Source: Obrimoposthia wandeli
Lineage: Eukaryota
Reading direction: 5' to 3'
Assembly: GCA_977020255.1 (NCBI GenBank)
Contig: CDROCS010001208.1
Location: 1 to 51,827, forward strand
DNA length: 51,827 bases
Below are positions 23,587 to 36,780 of this stretch, in pieces (the stretch's first letter is position 1; each line of letters starts with the position of its first letter). A program made the position numbers and the translations under genes. Under the pieces are notes generated by a model that saw only the letters and a program-made list of their open reading frames with translations, made no database searches and was not told the DNA's origin.

Positions 23587-24456
23587 TCAATTTTCATGTG
23601 GACAAAATATGTCCAACTCGTGTAATTCTAGGGTGCAGTTGTGACAGATCCTGTGGCCACAAATACCTAAGGTCTTGGGGCTCTCGTGGAGTCGCTCAAC
23701 ATCAACGATTTCTTCTCGGCACATGGCACAATGCTGCATTGAAGCTCTTCCAAAAAGCACTATTTTCATGTTACCTCTCAGCTGAGTTGGCAGCTTCGTC
23801 GTGAGGAAGTAGATCTTGAGATCGACTACACCTTCCCGTGTGATGTCGACCAGTAGTTCTAAATCTTGACACAAAGATCGGACCCGGTCCAAATCGCCAC
23901 CTATGGCCCCTAACACGCTGCAGATGTGTACAAGAGATAACAGCTGTTCTTGCACATCTTTCATGCAATTCAAAGACGACTCCAGACTGTCAGAGCCTTC
24001 TGAGTTCTGTTCTGTTTCCAGGACCTTGATGAAGTTTTCTGTGAACTCATCCTCGAAGCTTTGCATAGTGTTGCACAAATACGAAAGACAATGGAACCAC
24101 TTTTCCAGTGTCGGTCCGTGATCCCGTTGTTGTGCAGCTAATTCTAGAAATTCATGGGTCAGCACCATCTGGGTCGTCAGCACCTCATACAAGACCGAAC
24201 ACTTCGCTTTTGTATCCTCCACAATCTCTCTGCACAATCCTTCCCATTCTTTCCGCAGAAGTGTGGCCACTCTAACTCGGCTCTCAGTGCCATTTTGACA
24301 AATGAAGATGTACTGCAATTCATTTCGTTCAAATGGACAGCTACAGTTGACTAGCATCCATACCTTGAGACACTCGATGTGGAAATAGTGTCTGCACTCA
24401 GTCACACAAACTTCACCATCCTCTAGCTCTCCAGTACAAATGATACATGAATCCAT
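23587..24456 (-). CDS. Double-RING protein (copy 2)
   Basis: Intact 289 aa. Differs from copy 1 by D14G, T27I, L211V and I237R. Confidence 0.85.
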   Translation of the reverse strand: MDSCIICTGELEDGEVCVTECRHYFHIECLKVWMLVNCSCPFERNELQYIFICQNGTESRVRVATLLRKEWEGLCREIVEDTKAKCSVLYEVLTTQMVLTHEFLELAAQQRDHGPTLEKWFHCLSYLCNTMQSFEDEFTENFIKVLETEQNSEGSDSLESSLNCMKDVQEQLLSLVHICSVLGAIGGDLDRVRSLCQDLELLVDITREGVVDLKIYFLTTKLPTQLRGNMKIVLFGRASMQHCAMCREEIVDVERLHESPKTLGICGHRICHNCTLELHELDIFCPHEN

Positions 24457-24622
24457 TCTATGATTTGATAAATTTTGTATTAAAATTATGTATTATCTGT
24501 TCGGAAAATTCAATTGTATCTAAATATTTTTTTGTAATAATGTATTGGTTGAAAATAAATCTATAAATATCCTCAATTGTCGAAGGAATTTTATTGAAAT
24601 GAATTTATTTTTTCGTTTCTGA

Positions 24623-25090
24623 ATGCTAAAAAGTATTTGGAGAAATATAAGCTTAACAAGTTATGAAGAATCATTTTATGCCAATCCGTATATACCAGTT
24701 TATTATACTTCCTCATTGTTTAATGTCTCGTTGAGAAGAGTGGGTCTTCTCAGTATCAAAACAGTTGGTATATTTCCCTCAAGTTAGTTTTTATTATGGG
24801 ATGCAAAACACCATTTAATGAGATCAATTTACTCTTTGGAATTCAAATCTGCACCAAACAATCAATCATAGTTTCATAAAATCTTGGGAAACCAATAAAT
24901 CTTTATAAAATTACAGAGAAAATGATAGAACGATGCATGTTTGAACCTGAAAAGTTTCCTGCACTCAGATATTTGACGTTTTCACCGATATGTGTAAATA
25001 TATTTTCCAGTGGGAAACTTATGATTTTGAGATTGATAAATTTGGATTATCAATAGGCTGTTGAATCGAATATTGAAAATAAATGATTAT
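24623..25090 (+). pseudogene. TBP-like remnant, inner copy with the intron acceptor deleted
   Basis: GTTAGTTTTTATTATGGGATGC: the acceptor and the SCRV codons are missing. A truncated mirror copy lies at 27598-27919 (-). Confidence 0.6.
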
Positions 25091-25113
25091 ATGAAAGTCT
25101 ATATGTAAAGAAG

Positions 25114-25744
25114 ATGAATAAAAATACCGTATTTCAAATAGTTGATCCCAGTGGAAAGTGGATCCCAGGAAATTGTTACAAAATGAAACTATTTCCAATT
25201 CCAGTTTTAAAAATATTTTTTAGTATCATGGTGGAGGAGGGGAAAGTAGAATAGACCAAACAGAAGTTTGCAAGTTGAAGGTAATAATATTTATTGAAGG
25301 ATTTGATACGACTTGTGCGAAAGATTGAAGAAATAAAATATATTAATTATTGATGATTAGTATCAAGAAGCTAACAAGGAATCGGACTTTAATAATTTAT
25401 TTACAAAGATTGCAAGACATCGTGAAGTAACAGATATATTTATCACTCAAAATCTTTTTCATCAAGGATGTCATCATAGATCAAGATATTTTAATATACA
25501 TTACTTAGTATTATTTAAAAATTCGAGAGATCAAACAGTTGTAGATTTCGTGGCCAGACAAGCTTTTACCCAAAATAAAAACTTTCTAGTTCATTCATTC
25601 CATGATGCTGATAAACAAGCACATGGATATATATTTATTGAATTTACACAAGCCTGCTTATATGATTTACGTGTTTTAACATATATATTTAATTCTAAGG
25701 GAGTAACTGTTTATAAACAAAAAGAAAAAAATTATAAAAAATAA
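25114..25744 (+). pseudogene. Polinton ATPase remnant, inner copy within the palindrome spacer
   Basis: Same motifs as 7864-8510. Confidence 0.8.
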
Positions 25745-27129
25745 TTTGCATTGCATTTTAAGAAATTGATTGTAAACGTAAATGCAAAGAAAAAGTAAAG
25801 CCTAAGAGATCAAGAAAAAGAATCATTAAGATAAAAAGTGAATAAATTAATCAAGTCTGTAGTTCGAAGTAAAAGTAAACTTAAATGGCTCTGAATATAA
25901 AGACGCACTTTTTTTAAATGAAGAAAGTACAAAGAAGCATACCCAATATTTGTAATCTAATTATATTCTATAAAATGAAATATTTTATTATCAATTAATT
26001 TCATATCTCTAGTATATGTTGGGCTCTATTAAATACAAAAATTGTAATTTAATTTTAATACATGGAAATAAAAATGACCAGGGGGCTAAATATTCTGAGA
26101 GTTACATAAATTAAAATTTCAATATTTTAACACATGAATACATGAACATAACACAAAAATAAAAATAATTATCTGTAGTATTCTTCGTAGGAGGATGTCC
26201 AGTAAAATTATTGAATTTAATTTCCAAAAACCAATTTAATTTCTTTTTAGTTCCTGTGTAGTGCTTGGGTCTTTCTGTTGGGGAATTTGATTCGGATTAG
26301 TTTAATCTAAATAAGGTTTGGTCATCTAGATAATTTGTCCACTTAGGTTCCATCGGGTAACCCGTTAGTAAGTGTGTATGCCTGTTAGTATTGTACAGTT
26401 TTATGTACTTCTTATACTATAGGACGTTTTTACCCAAAAGTGTAATTTTGATGAGCCGTACATTTTTCAATTGGAAATAATTTATGTTTTAAAATGATGT
26501 TTTGTTCATTTATGTGCGACTTTTAGATGTCTAGAAATTCTTCTTTCAAGTTTAATTAATTAACGTTTTAATTAACAAAAATCACATTTTTGTGGAACTT
26601 TTTTAATATGAAAATTTAAAAACTTTCGAGCATACATGAAGTAAATCAATATTTCATTAATCATTTATGAATAGTTCAGTTTTAGAGCTAAGGTCTTTCT
26701 TTAAAAGGTTATTCGTAAAAAGGTGAATTTTACATAAAATTAATTAATATTTTAAAACTATTTTTCTTTATTGTGGGAAACATTTTAATTACATATCATT
26801 TTAATAAGTATTTTAGTATAAACTTTATGCATAACTTAGGCAATTGTTATTTATTTGCTTTATATTTTTTAAGGATAGTTATTTAATTATTTGTTATTTT
26901 AATGTTCTTTTAAATTTAACTCTAACATATACTTTGAGTAATCAATAATTAATCAATGTAGTGAACTTACCTCTCCGAGATTTGAGCACTATATGGGCGA
27001 TCATTGAGATTTTCAGTTCTAAACGGTCTTAAATAGGATTAATAAGTATCTTGTGGTGATGGGAGGGGAGTTAAAAACACTTATGCATTACTTTATATAA
27101 TTCATAAAGTAAAAAATCATCAGAAAAAT

Positions 27130-27515
27130 TGTAATAAAATAAAACTTGATGAAGGCAATCCAACTGTATCTGATTGGAAGTCTTCTTAATTGACAGAATT
27201 CATCCAGATGTCGTCTGTTAATTCAACGAAATCAGATCCCTAGATGTCCCCCAACCAGCTGTTGTTGCTCCATTGAGGCTGCTCCCTCTCGAAATCTGAC
27301 TGAGTGATATTTTCCATCCAGTCAATGTTCAAGTCCTCAAAATCTTCTTGGGAGAGGACGTTCATCCACTCATTGTTAGTTATTTGTGTGGATGAGGCAG
27401 CAGCGGATTCGGGAGAATGGAGGGAAGGACCAATATCAGGACCGTAAACAGGTTGAAAGGCTGCAACTGGAACAGGAGCTGGAGCTTGAATAATCAGCGA
27501 ATCGCACGATGGCTC
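27130..27515 (-). pseudogene. Acidic, Pro/Ala-rich ORF remnant with four W-x7-DF repeats
   Basis: WMNVLSQEDF, WMENITQSDF, WLGDI*GSDF and WMNSVN*EDF occur in one frame. Confidence 0.4.
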
Positions 27516-28085
27516 TCAAATTTTAGACAGATTCAGTGATAAGGTAACTATATTGATAACTATATTCTAAAAAAATAATTTTTCATTGATCGATATATCA
27601 AACATGCATCGTTCTATCATTTTCTCTGTAATTTTATAAAGATTTATTGGTTTCCCAAGATTTTATGAAACTATGATTGATTGTTTGGTGCAGATTTGAA
27701 TTCCAAAGAGTAAATTGATCTCATTAAATGGTGTTTTGCATCCCAAAATAAAAACTAACTTGAGGGAAACATACCAACTGTTTTGATACTGAGAAGACCC
27801 ACTCTTCTCAACGAGACATTAAACAATGAGGAAGTATAATAAACTGGTATATACGGATTGGCATAAAATGATTCTTCATAACTTGTTAAGCTTATATTTC
27901 TCCAAATACTTTTTAGCATTCAGAAACGAAAAAATAAATTCATTTCAATAAAATTCCTTCGACAATTGAGGATATTTATAGATTTATTTTCAACCAATAC
28001 ATTATTACAAAAAAATATTTAGATACAATTGAATTTTCCGAACAGATAATACATAATTTTAATACAAAATTTATCAAATCATAGA

Positions 28086-28955
28086 ATGGATTCATGTATC
28101 ATTTGTACTGGAGAGCTAGAGGATGGTGAAGTTTGTGTGACTGAGTGCAGACACTATTTCCACATCGAGTGTCTCAAGGTATGGATGCTAGTCAACTGTA
28201 GCTGTCCATTTGAACGAAATGAATTGCAGTACATCTTCATTTGTCAAAATGGCACTGAGAGCCGAGTTAGAGTGGCCACACTTCTGCGGAAAGAATGGGA
28301 AGGATTGTGCAGAGAGATTGTGGAGGATACAAAAGCGAAGTGTTCGGTCTTGTATGAGGTGCTGACGACCCAGATGGTGCTGACCCATGAATTTCTAGAA
28401 TTAGCTGCACAACAACGGGATCACGGACCGACACTGGAAAAGTGGTTCCATTGTCTTTCGTATTTGTGCAACACTATGCAAAGCTTCGAGGATGAGTTCA
28501 CAGAAAACTTCATCAAGGTCCTGGAAACAGAACAGAATTCAGAAGGCTCTGACAGTCTGGAGTCGTCTTTGAATTGCATGAAAGATGTGCAAGAACAGCT
28601 GTTATCTCTTGTACACATCTGCAGCGTGTTAGGGGCCATAGGTGGCGATTTGGACCGGGTCCGATCTTTGTGTCAAGATTTAGAACTACTGGTCGACATC
28701 ACACGGGAAGGTGTAGTCGATCTCAAGATCTACTTCCTCACGACGAAGCTGCCAACTCAGCTGAGAGGTAACATGAAAATAGTGCTTTTTGGAATAGCTT
28801 CAATGCAGCATTGTGCCATGTGCCGAGAAGAAATCGTTGATGTTGAGCGACTCCACGAGAGCCCCAAGACCTTAGGTATTTGTGGTCACAGGATCTGTCA
28901 CAACTGCACCCTAGAATTACACGAGTTGGACATATTTTGTCCACATGAAAATTGA
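28086..28955 (+). CDS. Double-RING protein (copy 3)
   Basis: Intact 289 aa. Differs from copy 1 by D14G, T27I and L211V. Confidence 0.85.
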   Translation: MDSCIICTGELEDGEVCVTECRHYFHIECLKVWMLVNCSCPFERNELQYIFICQNGTESRVRVATLLRKEWEGLCREIVEDTKAKCSVLYEVLTTQMVLTHEFLELAAQQRDHGPTLEKWFHCLSYLCNTMQSFEDEFTENFIKVLETEQNSEGSDSLESSLNCMKDVQEQLLSLVHICSVLGAIGGDLDRVRSLCQDLELLVDITREGVVDLKIYFLTTKLPTQLRGNMKIVLFGIASMQHCAMCREEIVDVERLHESPKTLGICGHRICHNCTLELHELDIFCPHEN

Positions 28956-31239
28956 ATTCTTTTGACAAGTACCAAAAAGGCTTTGTTTTTTTAATAAATT
29001 TAGTAATCTTTCTAAAATTACTTTTAATATTATTAAATTGAACAAAGGCAGTTATTTATTTTAATATAACATTATAAATAACATGCTTTTAATTTTTTTA
29101 TTAACAATATATTTAACAATATTTACACTTCAAACCTTTAACTAACCATGTAGTACAGTTGGCGTCCACAAAATGTAAGAACACAAGTTGATTTAATCCA
29201 CTCAATGATGCTGGAGGGGATTTGAGTGTTTTATTTTACACTGCAATAAAAGCCGTTACAATATTTGTTCTATCTGAAATACAAATGAATAAAACATTAG
29301 GAAAGTGAGAACTTACTAACTATTCATTTTTTATATTTAATACTTGATATATATTTAATGTTAAAAATAAACTATCTTATTTAAACTTTTTAAATTTTTT
29401 TATTAAATTTTAAATCTAGTGAGGATACAAGTTAAGGGTTATGGAATGCTGGCGGGTAATTTTAATACTTTTACCATTTTTTAATTAATTTTTATTATAT
29501 TTGAATTTTTATTATTGAAATATTAATTAACTAAATTTTAATTAATTAAAATTTTATAATACATATCCGTTTAATAATATAATTTTATTTAAATACACAA
29601 ATTAATATATTATATATTTTTACTAAAAAATAATGTTAAATAATCAAACATTACCGATAAAACTTTTTCTAAAGTGGGAAAATAATGAAAAATTATAAAA
29701 ACCTAAATATAAATAGAGAATAAGATTGGATCAAGTAACGAACACCGAGAAAACACTGCATTTTAAGTATTCAGGGTCTGAAACAGTATCATCAAATTTT
29801 AACAGATAGTTTCCGCTAAATAAAATCCCTTTTAAACCAATTAAGCTCTCCACAATTCAAATGCGGCAGATAGATCAAAAAGTATTATTAGTACGCATTT
29901 TTCATAGTTTAAATATTTTAATACATTTTATACTAAACAATGCCATTTTAGTTCAATGATAACTTCTATAAGCTGTTTGGCAAATACATAAACACATTCT
30001 TTTTTAAGTAACTGATTAATTGTTTCAAAACTTATTTTTCAAGAACTTTCAATAAACATTAAAAGTTTAAATTGTATTTACAAATTGATAAATTGGCTTT
30101 GTGCGCACACAAAACATAATACCGAAAATGATTGCATAATACCACAAGGATGGCCTGTCACACTATTAGCATTACAAAGACGATTAACTTTAGATCAAAC
30201 TTTTCGATGGTTTCACTGATTTCTGTCAGTGAATGAAATGTCAATTCCAGTCAACTATAATAGTAAATAAAAAAATGCCTGTTATCAGTAATGAGCAAAT
30301 ATTTATTGAAGGTGACTACTGAATTTTGACGGGTATTGCATAGAGAACATTAAAATTCTAGGTAGTGTACTAAAAAAATAAATTGCAAAAGTTATAACTT
30401 AATCTTAAAAAATATCAAAGATCATTTTATTTGTAATAAAAACCAATTCAAAATTTTTTCTAACAAACCATAAAACACTAAGTTAAATAATCAACAATGA
30501 AATTTGACATTTTGAATATATAACGGTCACTGTCTTTCAGTAAATTGAATATATTTATTTGTATACTTACTTTCACACATTTTTAATTTTTAGACAGTGC
30601 AGTAACAAAGTTTCATATGGGTAGCTACCCAGCCATCTCATGGCTTTATTAAATATTAGTAGATTGCGATGTGTTTCAAGGTATGCAAATATGATTATAG
30701 ATAATGGTAAAAAATTATACTTCCCCAAGGCTTTTCCGCGTGAATTCTAAATATTGCCGAATTGAGACAGAAGAAACGATAGAAAAACGTTTAACTAAAT
30801 ATTTATCTTGTTGTTATTATTGATTCATTTCTGACATGTTTTAAAAACTTTTCAAAATTAATTTTGTAAGATGTAGGGGAACTCAGAATAACTTGGCATC
30901 ATATTATTCTAGAGTATGAAATATATACCAAAAAAAGAATTAAACATTGGGTAAAGTAGTGCCAAAGACGTTTTGCAGAAAATCTGAAAATTACATTTTT
31001 AAAGAAAAATATAAATAACATTTCAAAGTAAAAGTTTTTATTAATATTTAACTGACATATACTAATATATATCGTAACATTAAATTGTTTTTAAGATTAT
31101 TTTATTCTCTTTTCTAAGGTTTGTGATATATTTTAGATTAAAACTGTAATATTATGCAATTTAGACTCGTCTTGCATGATAAAAAAGTTTTCCTCGAAAG
31201 AAAAATCAGATACAATATGAAATTCTTTAAAACGCGATA

Positions 31240-33380
31240 GATACTAAATTCTAGGACATTATATTGAGGAGTTTGGAAAAATATGTATATGTTCTAAATT
31301 TGATTGAGGATATACCAAAATTGTCTCTCATAAGATTGAGACTATTGCTGATCCAATTTTTCAAAATCCTAGACGACAAGCAATGCAATTAGAAATCCAA
31401 TTTGATGAAAGGATGAAAGTCATTCGAACCTTCATTGGTCATTGTAAAGAAACCAGACAATACAAATCGAATGTGTGTTGACTACAGCCAATTATATGAT
31501 GTAACCAAGAAGTTTACATTTTCAATACAAGATGCACAACTCTTGTTCGATTGTATAGGTGATGAAAAAATATTTACGACACTAGATATTGGACAAGCTT
31601 ATTACCAGGTAGATCTAGAGAAAGAATCTCAGACAAAATCGACTCTCAGTACAAAACTGAGACAATTTTATTTCAGTTGGTGGCCATTTGGGTTGGCTAC
31701 AGGACCTGCCACATTCCAGAATCATACATAGAAATTCTAATGGATTGCTGTTCAGAAGAAAAATTGTATATCTGGATGATATCCTTGTCTATAGTAACAA
31801 CCAAGAAGAACATTATAAATTATTAAGGGAAGCATTCAAAAGAATTGCAGCTGCAGGTCTCAATATAAACCCTAATAAACGCTACAATGATCAGAAACTG
31901 TTAAAAGCCATAGGTCATACGATAACACAAAGCTAAATACATATAAATCAGTCTAAAGTCAACGAAATTATAAATTTCAAAGAACCCGACTGTAAGGGAA
32001 ACTATGATCATACTTAGGAATGACAAACTATTATCGACGATTTATAAAAGTTTATGCCAATATTGCAGTCCCACTATGTCACAAGGCAATCATACTAGAC
32101 TTTTCCAGGTGAAATAAAACATTTATAATTTTAACAGATGCCAGTTTTGGTGCGATTTGGGGCAATATTGTGCCAACTGAATGAAATGAGAAACAAAAAA
32201 GTGATTGCATATGCTTCAAAACATTTGACTTTTCATGAGAAAGAATATTGTGTTACCAGAAAGGAACTTTTAGAAGAATACTAATTTAATATGTATTTCA
32301 AACAATATTTATATGGAACAGAATTTTTTGGAAAGAACATATCATAAATCGTAAGTGTTTTTAAGAACAACAAAAATTTCAATCAGTCCTCAATTTCAAA
32401 TATTACTGAAAGTTTATCAAAATTTAATTTTAAGTTAGAACATCGTAAAGGTATTGACCATGGTATTGCCGATGGCTTGTTAAGATTGAATGAAACCGAC
32501 TGCACTCAGTGCAAAACTAAACATATATATGCACAAGAGAAGATATCTAAAATACAATATATTCACTCACTAAATGAAGACAACTTCTTCAGTAAGATAA
32601 GAAAAATACAACAAGAATATATTCATGTGAAAGAATTGAAAGTGTGCATATAATTATAAAGTATAGATTTATCAGAAGAATGCAAAATAAATTGGATTTA
32701 GCAGATAAAAGAAACACTTAAACTCTGCGATGATATCTTTTATTTTGAACATAATTTTACAGATTTAATAGTCATACCTACGAAAACGCTTATGAAATTA
32801 TTAATAACATTTATCAATATCTTTGTCATCTAGGAATGCATAAGGTTTATAAATATATGAAATATAATTTTATTTTGGAAAGAATAATTCAAAAATAAAA
32901 TAAATAAGTTGAATTTTTAGATCAAATGCTTGTCGATACAGCCCACATGAAGGAAGGATGATCTAAAAAGAAATATATGTCGATAGTAATCGATCGATTT
33001 AGTAAACTGGTATTACTATTAATAACTACAAAATAAGATGAAATAACAATTACTAAAGAACTCATAGACAAATTGAATATATACATTTGGGAAACCTAAA
33101 AGCATTTTAATAGATATAGGACGAATATTTACTGGAAATTATTTTCAGAATTAGCGACGAAAATTTGGTATGTTCAATACAGCTCTTAATCAAAGTAACG
33201 GTCTGGAAGTAAGAGTTATACACACATTAAGATATATGATGGTTAAGACAAAAGTGTCTACTAAAACAGGAAAATGCGGGTTGGATTTTACTCGGCATAT
33301 TTGGTTGCAGATAATGACGAGGAATAATATTTGTGAGAGTCTAGTGCTGTGAAAATAGATGATAGTGAGCCTCTATGGTA
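31240..33380 (+). mobile_element. Ty3/Gypsy pol pseudogene, mirror copy
   Basis: Reverse complement of 19150-21290. Confidence 0.9.
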
Positions 33381-36300
33381 TCCCATTAAAGTGTATGTAG
33401 AGAAAGAGAAGAGAGCGGAGGAGAAGGAGAAACCTAGAATCGAAGATTTAGATCAAACTGAAGGAGAGGCAGCAAAAGAGGACAATGTAAATAATTTTTG
33501 CATATATATATATATATTTTTAAAAAATAATAAGTAATTTTTACTAACAAATATTTTAATTAATTCTCTCTCATTTGATCGGGTAGAATTAAGTCAATTG
33601 TAACAGTTATTGTAAATAATGAAACATTTTGAAGATTTACGGTAGCATTAGGCGATAAAGTAAATGACGCGATTATAAGCGCTACTAGAATAGGTCAAAT
33701 TTTAGACAGATTCAGTGATAAGGTAAATTATGATGTTATAAGCACTACTAGAATATGTCACCGGTATAATATAGATACTATTTATACAAACCCCGGAATA
33801 TTTTTAGGAACTAGAGAGACAAGAGTGTCTTTTAGTCATTGCTCTTTGGAAGAAAGGGTGTTAGTAGAAAAGCTTGCGGAAGCTCGTTTTCCTCATTTTC
33901 CCCAATTGACTAATTTAAATAGTACATTTTCTGCAACCAATATTTTAGGGAATAAAGATAAAAAGGTAAAAGTAAATACCTTCATTAAGCCTAACCTCAA
34001 GTCGTGTTTTTTAATATAGAGCAAAAATATCCGTGTGATTGAGTACATGGAGAGGTGTAGTTGGAAGGATATACGTGGAAAGGTAAGATACTCTGGGAGT
34101 ACTGGTTGGAATCGGAAGGGAAATGCATAAGACCAGACGACGTTATTAAGAGCGGTGCAAACGTCAGGGTAACACCAAAATTGAAAGATGACATGGAACA
34201 TGAGAAGAATATAACTAAGTTGGATATAATACTAGCAGGAGAAGAGTGGTCAGATTCATGTAACACTAGAGAAGATACAGATTAAAGAAAAGAGTATAGA
34301 GATATCGTACGAAGATTTGGTGAACAAAATAATAAGGAATTGGAGCAGGCGCTGGAGTAAAAAGAACAACTCGAGATAATGGAAATAAAAAGTGACATTG
34401 CAAAGATAGAAAGATAATTTGAAACTAGAACCAAAGAAGAGTCAAGCTATGTGAAAGAAGAAGTCAATAGATAAAAGAAGTCAGACAGAAACGTTTTAAA
34501 GGGTCGGAAAAAGATTAGTATTCCATACTTCTTTGGTGATTATAAATATTATGAGAGTAGGCGGGCAATATTTGATACTGTCATCGATCAGACCGATGCA
34601 CCAAGGCAAGAAAATAATGCTGCAGCTGATGGAGGTTCACGGATGCAAGTTACGATAAAGCTTTAAGATTGCTAGAAGAAAGATACGATGGAAGGGAAAG
34701 AAATTAAAGAGGTTTATTGGATGAAATTTAAATGTTTAGAGTGATAAGATGGGGAGAAGACCAAGATCTGGATGCAATTTTACAATTAATAAACAAGATA
34801 ATACTATTTAAAGCACATCCGCCTGTGGTAATTCGTACACCAACGAAGGCCGAGTCAGCGGACAATGGAAGCGGAGGCACCATAATTTTCACAGAAATCA
34901 CGATAGGCATATAAGTTTTAGATGTTTTTGAAGAATATTTTAACATAGTTCGAGTTAAAAATGAAAATATATTTTGGGATAAAATTAGACTGAAGAACGA
35001 TCCATAGAGTAAACATGATCTGATAGAGGTAAATAAATATTAATTTGGAATTCAGCATGTTCGAATCATATATATAAACTTTAAAAATCCCACAACAGAA
35101 GAAGGTTTTCAAATGTGAGCCAGTAATAGTTATTTGTATTAAATTTTTGTATATTTAATTATTGTAATTAATTTAACACTTTATAATTTTTTTTATTATA
35201 ATTTTAAAGAAAATAATAATTTTAGAATATTTTTATATATATATAAATATATATATATATGTATGCAATCGTACTTGTACTTGAAAAATTAATTACATAA
35301 AATGATACATTATCATGAAGTGGTCGCAGTGACCCCATGCTAATAATGAAGTAGAACACAGGTGTATATCACTTTTAATATTAGTTTAATTTGAGTAACA
35401 TTGGTTGTTAGCTGGTAATTATATCAACAGTTACTAAACTTGTAAGCTTTAAACTGTATTTAGCGATGTTTTTAAAACAAACCATTTTAATTAGTTTATT
35501 ATCAAAACAAGCCAGGATAATCAGATATGGGGTTTTTTTCATCCATAGATGAAAGAGTCTGGCTCAATTATAACTTGACGGTTTGAAGGTATGGTTGGCC
35601 AACATATCCAAGGGGTTGAGGTCGTCTATATATGAAGGGGTAGGGATCAGTTACGACTTGAAGTTATATTTGATGTCATCTTAATTTTTAAAATTTATTT
35701 AAATCTGAACTTTAAATTTTACTGGGATATTTTTCTCCAATATTCTCTGATATATTCTCCAACAGTATCAAATTAACAATATTTCCTACCTTTTTCTTTG
35801 ATTTATATGCAATGTATATGTAGGAATTTTTATAACATAAATATATTTTTCTTCGATGACGGCATCATTGTATAAAAGTACATTAATCCTTATATTCGGA
35901 TTCTTTGTCTCAAACTTTAATATATTTGAAATCTTCATTGGCATATCTGTTTCGTCAAACATCAAATCTTTCAAAACTGGTGAATACTTTCATACAAGAG
36001 TTGTATGATTAGTAATCTCACCATGTTTCAAATCAGCCAGAATTAAATAAATAAAACACAGATTGTCATTGTTTTGAAAACTTACAATAGCTTTACTTTT
36101 TTATAACGATTTTTGTGTTGGAATGTTTGAATGTCCAGATAATGCAGATCTTTCACTATATTTCGTTATGACAAATACATAGTCTAAAACTTTTATTAAT
36201 TTCCATCCACTTCATTTTCGGAATATTCTTCAACTCTCTTATCCATAGTTTCTTCGATTTCAGGCATTTTTCATAAATAAATATGACCGCCTTATGAGAC

Positions 36301-36726
36301 CGTTCTCCTTTTTTAATTTCATCCGTATAAAGTATTGAATTTTTGCATTGCCCATATTATTCATTATTTCTGCTACTTTAAATAGAAGATTATTCGGAAT
36401 TTTTAAATCAATAAGATCTAGATGAGCAACTTTCATTGTCGAAGCCGGAACTGCGATTGGAGTCAAATCATAATTTAAAGCTATAGTCGGAATTGAATTT
36501 AAAAATCTTTTTTCTACTTATAAATGCTATTAAATAATGTTTTCTATAAAATTCTTATAATTATCCAGTTCTGTAGTTGAACAATATGGACAAATATGTT
36601 GGGAATGAAAAAAATTGAGTTATTTATGATGGGTTAATTAGTGGAAAAGTTAATTAATTGTTCCCTTAATTGAGGGGCGATTGGAGGGGTTATATATATG
36701 CACTTTGGCATTTTTGTTTTCCTTCA

Positions 36727-36780
36727 GTCCCTGACCGGCTTAACCGGTTTCGCCCTGCCGGCTCGTCGGGGGGACGGCAG
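36727..36780 (-). ncRNA. Mirror copy of the hammerhead-like motif
   Basis: Identical reverse complement of 15760-15813. Confidence 0.68.

Larger units (their letters stand above)
3545..24944 (+). repeat. Left arm of a giant inverted repeat
   Basis: Reverse complement of 27598-51827. Mirrored ORF coordinates sum to about 52531-52542 for 6-25 kb, and to about 55366-55375 for 3.5-6 kb. Confidence 0.97.
22113..26290 (-). repeat. Inner copy of the older inverted duplication
   Basis: Homology starts at TATTTTTTAAGATTAAG (about 22113) and ends at GGGAATTTGA (26290). It lacks two internal segments of about 200 and 316 bp. Confidence 0.92.
24945..27597. other. Non-mirrored central spacer of the giant palindrome
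   Basis: Arm identity stops after ..GCATGTTTGA (24944) and resumes at TCAAACATGC (27598). Confidence 0.9.

Noticed and set aside
27130-27515. Idea that TAA/TAG encode Gln (alternative nuclear code), since several in-frame stops fall at plausible Gln positions
   Set aside because: These stops occur only in elements that also have frameshifts and TGA stops. The 289-codon RING ORF has no internal TAA/TAG. C-to-T decay is sufficient.
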